64,000 nt of DNA from an uncultured Pelagibacteraceae bacterium (GCA_902553675.1 CACDLV010000001.1:1080-65079); one strand, 5' to 3'. Positions 22,310 to 32,344 are shown, counted from the stretch's first letter. The notes: generated by a model not told the origin, from the sequence alone. Made by a program: numbers and translations.

Positions 22310-22337
22310 AAAAAGAGGGCCCATTTAAGGGCCCTCT
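22310..22337 (-). terminator. intrinsic terminator or stabilising hairpin after the TRAP binding-protein gene
   Basis: agagggccc-atttaa-gggccctct with a short U-tract on the minus strand. Confidence 0.75.
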
Positions 22338-22356
22338 AGTAATAATTAGAATTAAA

Positions 22357-23481
22357 TTATACTCCTAATGCTCTATTTCTTTGAGCAACATATGGCCCAT
22401 CAGACAAGTTAGTCCAAGCTCCAATTTCCTTACGACCTTTAACAAAGGCAGCATGTACTTTCTTAGCAAGAGCACTATGTTGTTGAACTTCATCGAAAAC
22501 TTCAGCAGCACCTTTAGCGAAAGCATCGTAAACTTTATCGTTAAACTTCTCTAGTTTAACTCCACTTTCGTTAACTAATCGCGCTAGTGCAGCTCCGTTT
22601 TTAGCATTGTATTCAGCCATTGTAGTTGTGTCAGCCCAATCACATGCAGTTTTAATAATTAACTGATCTGATTTTGACAAACTAGTAAACCAAGATTTGT
22701 TAACTCCACAAGCTAGCGTTGATCCTGGTTCATGCATTCCTGGATAGTAATAATACTTAGCAGCTTCCTGGAACTTCATAGCCTCATCATTCCAAGGTCC
22801 TACCCATTCTGTTGCATCAATTGCACCTGACACAAGGTTTTCATAAATTTGTCCACCAGGAAGTGAAATTGGAGAACCACCTAGTTTTCCTAGTACTTGT
22901 CCACCTAATCCAGGCATACGCATTTTTAAACCTTTAAAGTCATTCGCTGATCTAATTTTCTTATTAAACCAACCACCCATTTGCACTCCAGTATTACCAG
23001 CTGCAAAACTTTGTGTTCCAAAATCATCAGTCAATTCATCCCACAATTCTTGTCCACCAGCAAATTTTAACCACGCATTCATTTCAGCATATGTGAAACC
23101 AAATGGAACCGCAGTAAAATATCCAAAAGCAGGGTGTTTTTTAACCCAGTAGTAATCAGCACCGTGATACATTTGAGAGTTACCTGATGCAACTTCGTCA
23201 AATGAGTCAAATGCTTTTACCCTTTCATTAGCGGCATAATAAGTAACTTGAATTCTACCGTCACTCATATCGCTTAATCTTTGAGCAAGTCTTTGTGCAC
23301 CAGTTCCTAGGCCTGGAAAATCTCTAGGCCAAGTAGCTACCATAGAAGCTTCAACTCTTTCTTTGGCAACGGCTGGAGCAGATAAAGCAACAGCAGCAAC
23401 ACCAGTTGCAGCTGCAGTTTTAAAGAACTTACGTCTTGAAGGTGATCTAGAAACCTTCAATGATTTTTTTTCTTTAATCAT
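22357..23481 (-). CDS. TRAP substrate-binding protein (DctP/TakP-like), Tat-exported
   Basis: SRRKFFK Tat signal, GNTGVQMGGWF, GLKMRMPG, EWVGP. Confidence 0.93.
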   Translation of the reverse strand: MIKEKKSLKVSRSPSRRKFFKTAAATGVAAVALSAPAVAKERVEASMVATWPRDFPGLGTGAQRLAQRLSDMSDGRIQVTYYAANERVKAFDSFDEVASGNSQMYHGADYYWVKKHPAFGYFTAVPFGFTYAEMNAWLKFAGGQELWDELTDDFGTQSFAAGNTGVQMGGWFNKKIRSANDFKGLKMRMPGLGGQVLGKLGGSPISLPGGQIYENLVSGAIDATEWVGPWNDEAMKFQEAAKYYYYPGMHEPGSTLACGVNKSWFTSLSKSDQLIIKTACDWADTTTMAEYNAKNGAALARLVNESGVKLEKFNDKVYDAFAKGAAEVFDEVQQHSALAKKVHAAFVKGRKEIGAWTNLSDGPYVAQRNRALGV

Positions 23482-23608
23482 TAGTATCTCCTCTTCTTTG
23501 TTAATTAACTGTACAGAGTAAATTACAAATGAGCGTTTAAGTCTAGATTAAAATAACTTTAAAGTATTGTATTACAATCTGAGGTAGTAAATTTTGAATT
23601 AAATAAAT

Positions 23609-23785
23609 TTATTTTTTGTCAAAAAAAGCTTCATAGATCATCATGAAGATTGCGATTGCCATCAATATATAAACTGGCAAAACATCGAAAAAACCAATCA
23701 TAGTTGATCTAGTTAAAGTAGTAGCCAAGCCAACTAAAAATGCGGTTGCAAGTAAAGTTCCTAAAAATACTGTAAACTTTTGCAT
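23609..23785 (-). CDS. 58-aa two-TM small membrane protein (below the ORF-track cutoff)
   Basis: Read manually: MQKFTVFLGTLLATAFLVGLATTLTRSTMIGFFDVLPVYILMAIAIFMMIYEAFFDKK*. Its ATG abuts the amidase stop codon. Confidence 0.8.
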   Translation of the reverse strand: MQKFTVFLGTLLATAFLVGLATTLTRSTMIGFFDVLPVYILMAIAIFMMIYEAFFDKK

Positions 23786-25114
23786 TTAATTATTACATTC
23801 CTTTTCTAGCCAATTAGCAACACCTAAAAATCTATGATCATCAAATTTTGCACCAATTAATTGAACACCTAGTGGCATTTTGCCTTCTCCTTGTAATAGA
23901 GGCAGAGAAATACATGGGGTACCTAAATAAGACCACACTTTATTAAATTCTGCAGAGCCAGTACTCTTCAAGCTTTTAGGAGCAACACCTGGACTAGAAG
24001 GTGACAATACCCCATGATAATCTTCAAATACTTCTTCATAAGACTCGTAACTTCTTTTCATAAAATCTATAGCTCCGGCATATTCTTTTGCTGAATGTTT
24101 ATTTCCTTTAACAATAGCATCTTGCATGGGTTTAGATAATTTTTTTTTATACTTTTTATAATACAATCCAAAATTGTTTGCTAAATCTGTTTCATAAATT
24201 ATCTGATGATATTTATGAATGTCTTTAAAATAAGATGGAGTATCAAAAATTTCGATATTTTTTTTAAAAGATTTAATAAAATATTCGAAAGCTTCTTTAG
24301 ATTTTTTTTCAATATTTTTCCAATGGTCTGTTTTATAAAAAATAAATTTTGGTTCAAATAGTGGTCCCTTTTTTGTTTCTTCAAGCATACTATCAGCTGA
24401 ATAATAAACAGATGAATTATCAAATTTATCTTTTTTAATTAACACCTTTGCAAGGAGTGCCACATCCTCAACAGTTCTTCCAAATACACCTATATGATCT
24501 AATTTTTCTGAAGTTTTAAGCACTCCATTTCTTGAAATTAATCCGTAGGTTGGTTTATAACCTACAACTCCACAGTAAGATGCAGGTCTTATAACTGAAC
24601 CACCTGTTTGTGATCCTATTGATAAGGGTGCCATAAATGATGCAACAGCGGCAGCAGACCCGCTTGATGAACCACCTGGAGTTCTAGAATGATCATGTGG
24701 ATTAGTTGTTTTAGCAGGACCAAGATAAGCTAATTCAGCTGTAGCAGTTTTGCCCATTACAATTGCACCAGCTGCTAAAAGCAAATCAATAATTTCTGCA
24801 TTTTGTGAGTAAGATTTTCCTTTTCTAATAACTGTTCCACATTCTGTTGGCATATCAACTGTTCCAACAATATCTTTTACAGCTACAGGAATGCCATGCA
24901 AAGGTCCTGTGGGTTTTCCTGATCTTCTGTATTCATCAGCCTCAGAAGCTTTTTCTAGTAAAAGTTTTTTATCAAAATGTGCCCAAGCCTTAACATCTTT
25001 TTCAAATTTATTTATTCTTTCAATATACTTCTCACATACTTCGACTGAAGTAAGTTGAGCATCTTTTATTTTTGAAGCGATTTCTTCAACTTTTAAGGAA
25101 AAAATATCTATCAT
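23786..25114 (-). CDS. amidase-signature family enzyme
   Basis: VKD Lys, PGGSSSGSAAAVA, GSQTGGSVIRPA (Ser-cisSer-Lys triad). Confidence 0.93.
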   Translation of the reverse strand: MIDIFSLKVEEIASKIKDAQLTSVEVCEKYIERINKFEKDVKAWAHFDKKLLLEKASEADEYRRSGKPTGPLHGIPVAVKDIVGTVDMPTECGTVIRKGKSYSQNAEIIDLLLAAGAIVMGKTATAELAYLGPAKTTNPHDHSRTPGGSSSGSAAAVASFMAPLSIGSQTGGSVIRPASYCGVVGYKPTYGLISRNGVLKTSEKLDHIGVFGRTVEDVALLAKVLIKKDKFDNSSVYYSADSMLEETKKGPLFEPKFIFYKTDHWKNIEKKSKEAFEYFIKSFKKNIEIFDTPSYFKDIHKYHQIIYETDLANNFGLYYKKYKKKLSKPMQDAIVKGNKHSAKEYAGAIDFMKRSYESYEEVFEDYHGVLSPSSPGVAPKSLKSTGSAEFNKVWSYLGTPCISLPLLQGEGKMPLGVQLIGAKFDDHRFLGVANWLEKECNN

Positions 25115-26476
25115 TTAATTTGCAAATAATGTTTCTGGCAACCATAGGGCTATTGCTGGAAACATGTACATTAAAAACATTGCAAAAATAACAATTGCTA
25201 AGAAAGGCATAATTCCTCTAAATATATCTAAAAGCTCAACATTGGTTTTTTGCACACCTTTTAAATAATATGCCGACATTGCCATCGGTGGGGTTAAAAA
25301 AGATGTTTGTAAATTTAATGCAATTAACATTGCAAAGAAGTACGGATTAACACCAAAAACTTCAAGCAAAGGTAAAAATATAGGTACAAAAATAATTAAA
25401 ATTTCTGTCCATTCTAGAGGCCAACCTAAAAGAAAAATTATAATTTGTGTAATTACTAAAAATTGCCAGGTTGAAATATTTATTGATGTGAAAAAATGCT
25501 CAAATATTTCATGTCCACCCAGATATGAAAATACAGATGAAAAAGTCCAAGAACCAATGAACAACCACATAATCATTGCAGTTGTTTTTGCAGTTAAAAA
25601 TACTGACTCTTTAAAATTTTGCCATTTTAAAGTTTTATAGAACCAAGATAAAATTAAAGCCCCGAATGCTCCTGCTGCTGCAGCTTCAGCTGGTGTAGCT
25701 ATTCCAGCCAATATTGTTCCTAAAACTAACATAATTAATCCAAATAAAGGAACAAAAGAAACTAACACCTCTTTTAAAATTTCACCTGTTGGTGGGATAT
25801 CATCTTTCGGTGGTCTTGGTGCTATCGATGGGTTTAACCAAGCTCTTGTAACTGCATATGCAATATAAAGACCAGCTAATAAAAGTCCTGGAAAAATTGC
25901 TGCTGCAAAAAGTCTTAAAGGTGATAATTGAGCAATTACTGAATAGACAATTAACATAATACTTGGAGGGATTAAAATACCCAAACATCCACCAGAACAA
26001 ATTATTCCTGAAGCAAATTTTTTATCATAACCAGCTTTTACCATCGCAGGCCAGGCTAGTAATCCCATTAAAGTAACAACTGCTCCTATAATTCCTGTTG
26101 CTGTAGAAAATAAAGTACAAGTAATCAAAGCAGCTACAGCCATCGATGCAGGAAGTCTATGAGCAGCTAATCTTATCGCAAAAAATAGTTTTGCAACTAT
26201 TCCAGCTCTTTCAACCAAATAACCCATAAATAAAAACAACGGTACAGCTGTAAGAACATTGTTATCCATAACTGTATAAGTATTTTGAACGAATAACTGA
26301 AAAATTCTGTTATCAAAAATATGCTCCATCATAGTAGCATCGTAATAAGCGTAATATCCAAAACCAATTCCCATTGCCATTAATGTGAAAGCTATTGGGA
26401 AACCTAAAAGCACTGCGAATAGAAATATGCCCATCATTAAAATTGCTACTTCTGGATTTGTAAGACTAAATAACAT
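25115..26476 (-). CDS. TRAP transporter large permease (DctM)
   Basis: LTAVPLFLFMG, GCLGILIPPS, NLQTSFLTPP. Confidence 0.93.
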   Translation of the reverse strand: MLFSLTNPEVAILMMGIFLFAVLLGFPIAFTLMAMGIGFGYYAYYDATMMEHIFDNRIFQLFVQNTYTVMDNNVLTAVPLFLFMGYLVERAGIVAKLFFAIRLAAHRLPASMAVAALITCTLFSTATGIIGAVVTLMGLLAWPAMVKAGYDKKFASGIICSGGCLGILIPPSIMLIVYSVIAQLSPLRLFAAAIFPGLLLAGLYIAYAVTRAWLNPSIAPRPPKDDIPPTGEILKEVLVSFVPLFGLIMLVLGTILAGIATPAEAAAAGAFGALILSWFYKTLKWQNFKESVFLTAKTTAMIMWLFIGSWTFSSVFSYLGGHEIFEHFFTSINISTWQFLVITQIIIFLLGWPLEWTEILIIFVPIFLPLLEVFGVNPYFFAMLIALNLQTSFLTPPMAMSAYYLKGVQKTNVELLDIFRGIMPFLAIVIFAMFLMYMFPAIALWLPETLFAN

Positions 26477-27053
26477 TATTTTTATCTTCCTCTTGTGATG
26501 TTCTCATTAACATTTGTTCCGTTTCTTCAGCAACAACCATTCTTGCTGGCCATTGTCCTGTTCTAATACAAATTAAAGATCTAAAAACTTCTGCAATTCC
26601 TTGAATTACTAACAAAGTTCCTGCAGCAGGTATCATAGTTTTAACCATATAAATTTGAATCTGCGCGGGACTACTCCAGCTAGTTTCTTTTATTTTCCAG
26701 GCCAAAGCCGCATATTCGTAACCATAAAAAGCCAAAGCAACTACACCAGGGAAAAAAAATATAAAATAAAGTACTAAATCAATCCAAGCCTGAGTTTTTT
26801 GACTAAATAATCTATAAATTACATCTCCTCTTACATGAGCCTCTGTAGCCAAACAGTATGCACCTGACATCATCAATATTGCACCATACATCTGCATACT
26901 AAAATCAAAATTCCACAAAGTTGGCTTATTAAAAACGTAAGCCATTACTACTTCATAAACCGTACCTCCCATTAAAATTACAATACACCAGGAAAAAGCT
27001 TTTCCCATTGAAGTGCTTAAAGTATCTGCAAATTTAATGAAAGAATTCATCAT
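26466..27053 (-). CDS. TRAP transporter small permease (DctQ)
   Basis: 4 TM segments; AHVRGDVIY. Confidence 0.92.
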   Translation of the reverse strand: MMNSFIKFADTLSTSMGKAFSWCIVILMGGTVYEVVMAYVFNKPTLWNFDFSMQMYGAILMMSGAYCLATEAHVRGDVIYRLFSQKTQAWIDLVLYFIFFFPGVVALAFYGYEYAALAWKIKETSWSSPAQIQIYMVKTMIPAAGTLLVIQGIAEVFRSLICIRTGQWPARMVVAEETEQMLMRTSQEEDKNNVI

Positions 27054-27076
27054 AGAAAAGTATATTAAATTAAGCT

Positions 27077-27107
27077 AAAAAAAAAGGGGGTTTTTAAACC
27101 CCCTTTT
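27077..27107 (-). terminator. intrinsic terminator hairpin after the second TRAP binding-protein gene
   Basis: A9-gggggttttt-aaaccccc-tttt; G/C stem followed by U9 on the minus strand. Confidence 0.8.
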
Positions 27108-27126
27108 ATAATAGTTTTAAAGTTAA

Positions 27127-28284
27127 TTAAATTTTAACTTTTTCAATTGGTCCAAACTCATTTTCATAAGCTAATTTGTAGTTCGGTTGATTCATCAACA
27201 GATACTTCATTGTTCTCTTAGCGTATGCTTTTTGTGAGTCTACTACTTTCTTAAAGAAAGCGTCCTTACCAGAAAACTCAGCAACGATTTTATCCCAACC
27301 TTTTAATTGTTCGGCTAAGATAGCGTCAGAAGTTTGGTAGACATTTACCTTATGCTCATTCATCAACTTCGCTAAGTCAGCAGAATATCTCACTAACGCT
27401 TTGAAGTAGTTATCTGAGTTAGCAGCATAAGCAGCGTTCTTCAAGATAGCTTGATGAGCAGGTGAAAGGCTGTCAAATCTCTTTTTGTTTACCGGAACTT
27501 CAAACATTTCCTGAGATTGGTGGAAACTTCCTAAGTGGTAATGTTGAGAGACATCTTGCATTCCAAACTGTGAGTCTGATGTAGGGTTGTTAAACTCTGC
27601 GGCATCAATCAAACCAGTTTTCATTGCTGGTTGAATTTCACCACCTGGCAATTGTCTTACAACCATTCCCATAGCAGTTAAAACGTTAGTCGCTAAACCA
27701 ACTGTTCTATATTTCATACCTTTAACATCAGATACTTTAGTTACATTCTTTTTAAACCAACCAAATGGTTGTGCTGGCATTGGCATATGGAACATACCGT
27801 AGTAGTTAAATCCTACACTTTTTACAGCTTCATCATATAAAGCTCTTCCTCCGCCATACTCTATCCATCCCATTACTTCTTGAGATGACATTCCGTATGA
27901 TGGACCAGTTCCAAAAAGTGATGCAGCTGGATTTTTTCCATACCAATATGCTGTCACCCAGTGACCCATATCTACTACTCCAGAACTCACTGCTTGACCA
28001 ATTTCTGAAGTTTTAACAACTGCTCCAACTGGTTGAAGATCAATCTTCAATTCACCGTTAGACATGTCGCTAACCATTTTGGCATAGTCTCCAGCCATTT
28101 CAAAAAAGATGTTAGCACCTGATGGCCATGCTGCTTGCATCTTTAATGTTAATGGAGCACCAAAAGCAACATTTGGCATTGCTACAGCTGTTGCTGCGGC
28201 TGCACCAGTTGCTGCTGCGGCTTTGAAGAACTTTCTTCTTGAAGGAGTTTTTGAACCCTTCAATGATTTTTTGTTCTTTATCAT
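27127..28284 (-). CDS. TRAP substrate-binding protein (DctP family), Tat-exported
   Basis: SRRKFFK Tat signal, QPFGWF, GMKYRTVG, AAEFNNP. Confidence 0.93.
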   Translation of the reverse strand: MIKNKKSLKGSKTPSRRKFFKAAAATGAAAATAVAMPNVAFGAPLTLKMQAAWPSGANIFFEMAGDYAKMVSDMSNGELKIDLQPVGAVVKTSEIGQAVSSGVVDMGHWVTAYWYGKNPAASLFGTGPSYGMSSQEVMGWIEYGGGRALYDEAVKSVGFNYYGMFHMPMPAQPFGWFKKNVTKVSDVKGMKYRTVGLATNVLTAMGMVVRQLPGGEIQPAMKTGLIDAAEFNNPTSDSQFGMQDVSQHYHLGSFHQSQEMFEVPVNKKRFDSLSPAHQAILKNAAYAANSDNYFKALVRYSADLAKLMNEHKVNVYQTSDAILAEQLKGWDKIVAEFSGKDAFFKKVVDSQKAYAKRTMKYLLMNQPNYKLAYENEFGPIEKVKI

Positions 28285-28409
28285 TTTATTCTCCTCTAGT
28301 TAATTAACTATTAAAAATAAAACACAGATCGAGATTAGAGTCTTTCTAAAAAGAGGTACAGATTGTCACAATAAAACTTTAGATTGAAATTTTCTATCTT
28401 AAGTTGAGT

Positions 28410-29483
28410 TTAAATTAATTTATTGTCCTCATAAACACAACATTTCTCAGCTGGTATGTGAAGTTTAACATTCTGATTAGGTATTTCAGTTTCTCTAGTA
28501 ACTTTTGATTTGATGGTAAAGTTTCCCATTTTGGCGGTGATCAATTTATAATTTCCTAGATCCTCAACCTTTTCAACATTAACATCAATTAAGTTTTCAT
28601 TTTGGTTTTGTGCAATTTTAATAAATTCAGATCTAATTCCTAATTTAATATTTTTCGTTTTCAAATTTGACAAATTTGTACGGGTTTTAATTAAATTATT
28701 GTTTATTTTTACACTATCGTTTGAGGAAACTTCACTTTCAAATAAGTTCATAGCTGGCGATCCAATAAAGTATCCAACAAATGTTGTATTAGGTCTTTCA
28801 AAAAGTTCTTTAGGGGAACCGGTTTGAACCACCTCTCCTTCACTCATTACTATTATATTATCCGCAAAAGTCATCGCTTCGTTTTGATCATGAGTTACAT
28901 AAACTAATGTTGTTTTATATTGCTCATTAATTTCTTTAAGATTTCTTCTTAATCTAAATTTTAAGTCTGGATCAATAACAGTTAAAGGCTCGTCCATTAA
29001 AACTGCAGCAACGTCTTCTCTTACAAGACCTCTTCCTAAAGATATTAATTGCTTTTGGTCTGCTGTTAATTTTCTTGCAGGAGAATTTAAAAAAGATTTT
29101 AAATTTAAAGTTTCAGCAACTGAATTAACTCTTTCATCCGTTTTACTTTTAGAAAAATCTCTGCATTTAAGTGGGAAAGCTAAATTTTCATAAACAGTCA
29201 TTGTATTATAAATAACTGGAAATTGAAAAACTTGAGCAATATTTCTATCTTCTGTTTTTAAATCTGTAACATCTTTATTATCAAATAATATTCTTCCAGC
29301 CGAAGGTCTCACTAAGCCAGATACAATATTAAGCATCGTAGTTTTTCCACATCCAGAAGGACCTAAAATTGCATATCTATTTCCATTTTCCCATGTCATT
29401 GAGAAGGGATTCAAAGCATAAACAGGATTTGGATCATTTGGATTGTATGAGTGAGATATGTTGCTTAAATCGATTTTAGCCAT
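28410..29483 (-). CDS. ABC ATPase, GlpT-like (glycerol/polyol importer type)
   Basis: GPSGCGKT, NIAQVFQFPVIY, degenerate signature LTADQKQ, DEP, YVTHD. Confidence 0.88.
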   Translation of the reverse strand: MAKIDLSNISHSYNPNDPNPVYALNPFSMTWENGNRYAILGPSGCGKTTMLNIVSGLVRPSAGRILFDNKDVTDLKTEDRNIAQVFQFPVIYNTMTVYENLAFPLKCRDFSKSKTDERVNSVAETLNLKSFLNSPARKLTADQKQLISLGRGLVREDVAAVLMDEPLTVIDPDLKFRLRRNLKEINEQYKTTLVYVTHDQNEAMTFADNIIVMSEGEVVQTGSPKELFERPNTTFVGYFIGSPAMNLFESEVSSNDSVKINNNLIKTRTNLSNLKTKNIKLGIRSEFIKIAQNQNENLIDVNVEKVEDLGNYKLITAKMGNFTIKSKVTRETEIPNQNVKLHIPAEKCCVYEDNKLI

Positions 29484-30555
29484 TCAAACCCCCAAAAGGT
29501 GAAGATGCTAATTTTCCATCAGCATGAAACGCATAAGCTCTATCAATTTTAAAATTAATTTTTACTTCATCGTGTATTTTAAAGTTAAGAACTTCTTCTA
29601 TTGAAACTATAATTTTTGTATCTCCTCTTTTTAAATGTAGCAATGTTTCTGAACCACTAATTTCTGCAAGCTCAACTTCAAATTCGTGTCCATTTTCATT
29701 TAATTCAATATCAGAAGATCTTAATCCGATTTTTAAACCATCTTCGGTTAATTTAGATAAATGTTGTGGAGCCTCTACATCTATGCCTTCAAATCTAATC
29801 TGATTATCTGAAATTTTAGCTTCGATTATATTCATTGGCGGGTCATTAGAAATTTCTGCAACTTTTAAAGAATTAGGGTTTTCAAATATTTCTTTTGCTG
29901 GACCGACTTGTAAGACCTTGCCTTCATCTAAAACTATAACTTCACCATTTAATTCCATAGTTTCTCTTGGGTCAGTAGTTGAATAAATTAATATTGTTTT
30001 ATCTGCTAACCCTTTAGAAAATAGGTTCTTAAACTCTTCTCTAAGTTGCTCTCTCAATTTATAGTCTAAATTTACCAATGGCTCATCTAGCAACAGTATT
30101 TTAGCGTTTTTGACTAAAGATCTTGCAAGCGAAACCCTTTGTTGCTGCCCTCCAGAAAGCTCTTGAATCTTTCTATTTTCATAACCTAACAAGCCTACAG
30201 ATTTTAAAGCGTCCATTACTTTTTCTTTAATAATACTTTGATCTATTTTTCTTTGTTTCAAAGGAAAAGCTATGTTTTCAAAAACATTTAAATGAGGATA
30301 GTTTATAAATTGCTGATAAACCATTGCTACATTTCTTTCCCAGACAGGAATTTTTAAGAAATTTTTACCATCAAATTCAATTTCACCACTATCCGGTGTT
30401 AAAAGACCAGCTATTGTTTTTAATAGAGTTGTTTTTCCTGATAAGGTTCTTCCTAAAATTGTATATAAATTTCCTTCTTTAAAATTAAAGGATACCTCGT
30501 TTAAATGATATTGATCATCTGGTTTGTATGATAAATTATTTGCAACTAAATCCAT
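29476..30555 (-). CDS. ABC ATPase, GlpS-like (glycerol/polyol importer type)
   Basis: GRTLSGKT, VAMVYQQFINYP, LSGGQQQ, NLDYKLRE; H-loop replaced (YSTTD). Confidence 0.88.
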   Translation of the reverse strand: MDLVANNLSYKPDDQYHLNEVSFNFKEGNLYTILGRTLSGKTTLLKTIAGLLTPDSGEIEFDGKNFLKIPVWERNVAMVYQQFINYPHLNVFENIAFPLKQRKIDQSIIKEKVMDALKSVGLLGYENRKIQELSGGQQQRVSLARSLVKNAKILLLDEPLVNLDYKLREQLREEFKNLFSKGLADKTILIYSTTDPRETMELNGEVIVLDEGKVLQVGPAKEIFENPNSLKVAEISNDPPMNIIEAKISDNQIRFEGIDVEAPQHLSKLTEDGLKIGLRSSDIELNENGHEFEVELAEISGSETLLHLKRGDTKIIVSIEEVLNFKIHDEVKINFKIDRAYAFHADGKLASSPFGGLNG

Positions 30556-31403
30556 TACTTAATAGCTCCTGATAAATTTCCTTTTGATAAATATCGTTCA
30601 ACTATGAACGCAACAATAATTAATGGTGCTACCGAAACTAAAGCTGATGCAGATAAGCTCCACCAAGGAGTTACTGATGAATTTAATGCAACAATTTTAA
30701 CAGGTAATAACTGCACCTCTGTAAATGTTAAAATAAAAGCAAAGAAAAAATCAATCCATCCAAAAATTATGCAAAACATTCCTGCTACAATTAAACCTGG
30801 TATTGAATTTGGTAATACCACTTTTAAAAATGCTTGATAAGGATTACAACCATCTATTAGAGCTGTCTCATCAATTTCTCTTGGAACTTTATTAAAAAAG
30901 TCCACCATAATCCAAACCGCTATTGGCATTAATAAAACTATATAAACAACAATTAGCCCAGTCAGACTATCTAATAAATTTATTGAACTTAAAAATAAAA
31001 AAAATGGAATTGATAAAACAATCGGCGGCATAATTCTTTGTGAGATAAAGAAAAAAGTAATATCATTATTTTTTACAAACCCTGCCTTAAATGTGTATCT
31101 TGATAATGCATAAGCAGACAATGTTCCAAGAATAATACTAATTAAACTTGCAGTACAAGTTACAAACAAACTATTAAAATATGGTTCAATTATATCTACT
31201 CCACCTTTAGCTGGAGATTTAATTAAAACCTTCCACCCTTCTAAATTAGGTTCAAAATCGACCCATGGAATATATGTTACTCCCCCGTTAACAGACTGGA
31301 AATCTTTAAAAGATGTTGTAAGAGCCCAAAGAAAAGGAGCAACCACAAATACTGTCCAAACGACAATAAAAAAATATTTTAAAAAAATATATAATTTATT
31401 CAT
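30555..31403 (-). CDS. CUT1 ABC permease
   Basis: 6 TM segments; EAA-like loop IDETALIDG. Confidence 0.92.
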   Translation of the reverse strand: MNKLYIFLKYFFIVVWTVFVVAPFLWALTTSFKDFQSVNGGVTYIPWVDFEPNLEGWKVLIKSPAKGGVDIIEPYFNSLFVTCTASLISIILGTLSAYALSRYTFKAGFVKNNDITFFFISQRIMPPIVLSIPFFLFLSSINLLDSLTGLIVVYIVLLMPIAVWIMVDFFNKVPREIDETALIDGCNPYQAFLKVVLPNSIPGLIVAGMFCIIFGWIDFFFAFILTFTEVQLLPVKIVALNSSVTPWWSLSASALVSVAPLIIVAFIVERYLSKGNLSGAIK

Positions 31404-31406
31404 ACT

Positions 31407-32270
31407 CTATTCTTTTAATAAAACCTTAGTTAGTACTTTTGCTATAATGGTGAGACTTATGATCATAATTATTAAGTAAGTAAATGACATCGACGCTGCG
31501 TAACCCATCTGAAATTCTCTCAGTCCTTTAATAAAGATATAAAAACTTGAAGTTTCTGTAGAGGTACCTGGTCCACCTGAAGTCAGTACATAAACTGTAT
31601 CCATAATCTTTGATGCCTCAATTAACCTTATAATTATTGCTCCAATTGAGATGGGAGCCATCAATGGAAATGTTACATAAATAAATTTTCTAACTGGGCT
31701 AGCGCCATCAATCGCAGCAGCTAAAAATGGTTCTTTAGGTAATGACAATAACCCTGCTAATAAAAGTAAAAACATAAATGGTGTCCATTGCCATACCTCA
31801 ACTATAATAACTGTAAATTTTGCAATAACAGGATCTGTCAACCACTTGGGAGCTACCCCAAAAACTGACAACAAATCATTTACTGGTCCAAGAGACTCGT
31901 GAAAAAATGTTCTCCAAATAACCGTCATGATCACTGGGGTTGTCATCATTGGAACTAAAAAAAGAACTCTAAAAAATCTTTTAAATTTAATATCTTTCCA
32001 AACCATATGTGCCAAAGCAAAACCTATTACGTATTGCAAAATAACTGTTGTAACTGATAAAAAACTCAATCTAAAAAATGATTCCCAGAATCTTGGGTCA
32101 TCAGTAAATAATCTTATGTAATTTTCTAAACCTATGTAATCTAATCCGGGATTATAACTGTTCCATCCTGACAAACTTAATCTAACTACGAAAATAATTG
32201 GAAAAATTAATATTCCTATCAACACAAATAAACCTGGAAACAGGAAAAAATATTTATGTTTAAAGTTCAT
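31407..32270 (-). CDS. CUT1 ABC permease
   Basis: WQWTPFMFL, AAAIDGA, LTSGGPG. Confidence 0.92.
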   Translation of the reverse strand: MNFKHKYFFLFPGLFVLIGILIFPIIFVVRLSLSGWNSYNPGLDYIGLENYIRLFTDDPRFWESFFRLSFLSVTTVILQYVIGFALAHMVWKDIKFKRFFRVLFLVPMMTTPVIMTVIWRTFFHESLGPVNDLLSVFGVAPKWLTDPVIAKFTVIIVEVWQWTPFMFLLLLAGLLSLPKEPFLAAAIDGASPVRKFIYVTFPLMAPISIGAIIIRLIEASKIMDTVYVLTSGGPGTSTETSSFYIFIKGLREFQMGYAASMSFTYLIIMIISLTIIAKVLTKVLLKE

Positions 32271-32301
32271 TTATAAATAAAGGATTATATTATTTTTATT
32301 A

Positions 32302-32331
32302 TATGTGGCCATTAAAATTAATGGCCACATA
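32302..32331. terminator. perfect 14-bp inverted repeat after the ABC binding-protein gene (terminator or mRNA-stabilising stem)
   Basis: tatgtggccattaa-aa-ttaatggccacata; no clear U-tract. Confidence 0.65.
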
Positions 32332-32344
32332 AAGTATCTTTAAA

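Noticed and set aside
23786-25114. Amidase as GatA
   Set aside because: No gatC or gatB adjacent, GSQTGGS instead of GSDTGGS, and it sits in a transporter operon.
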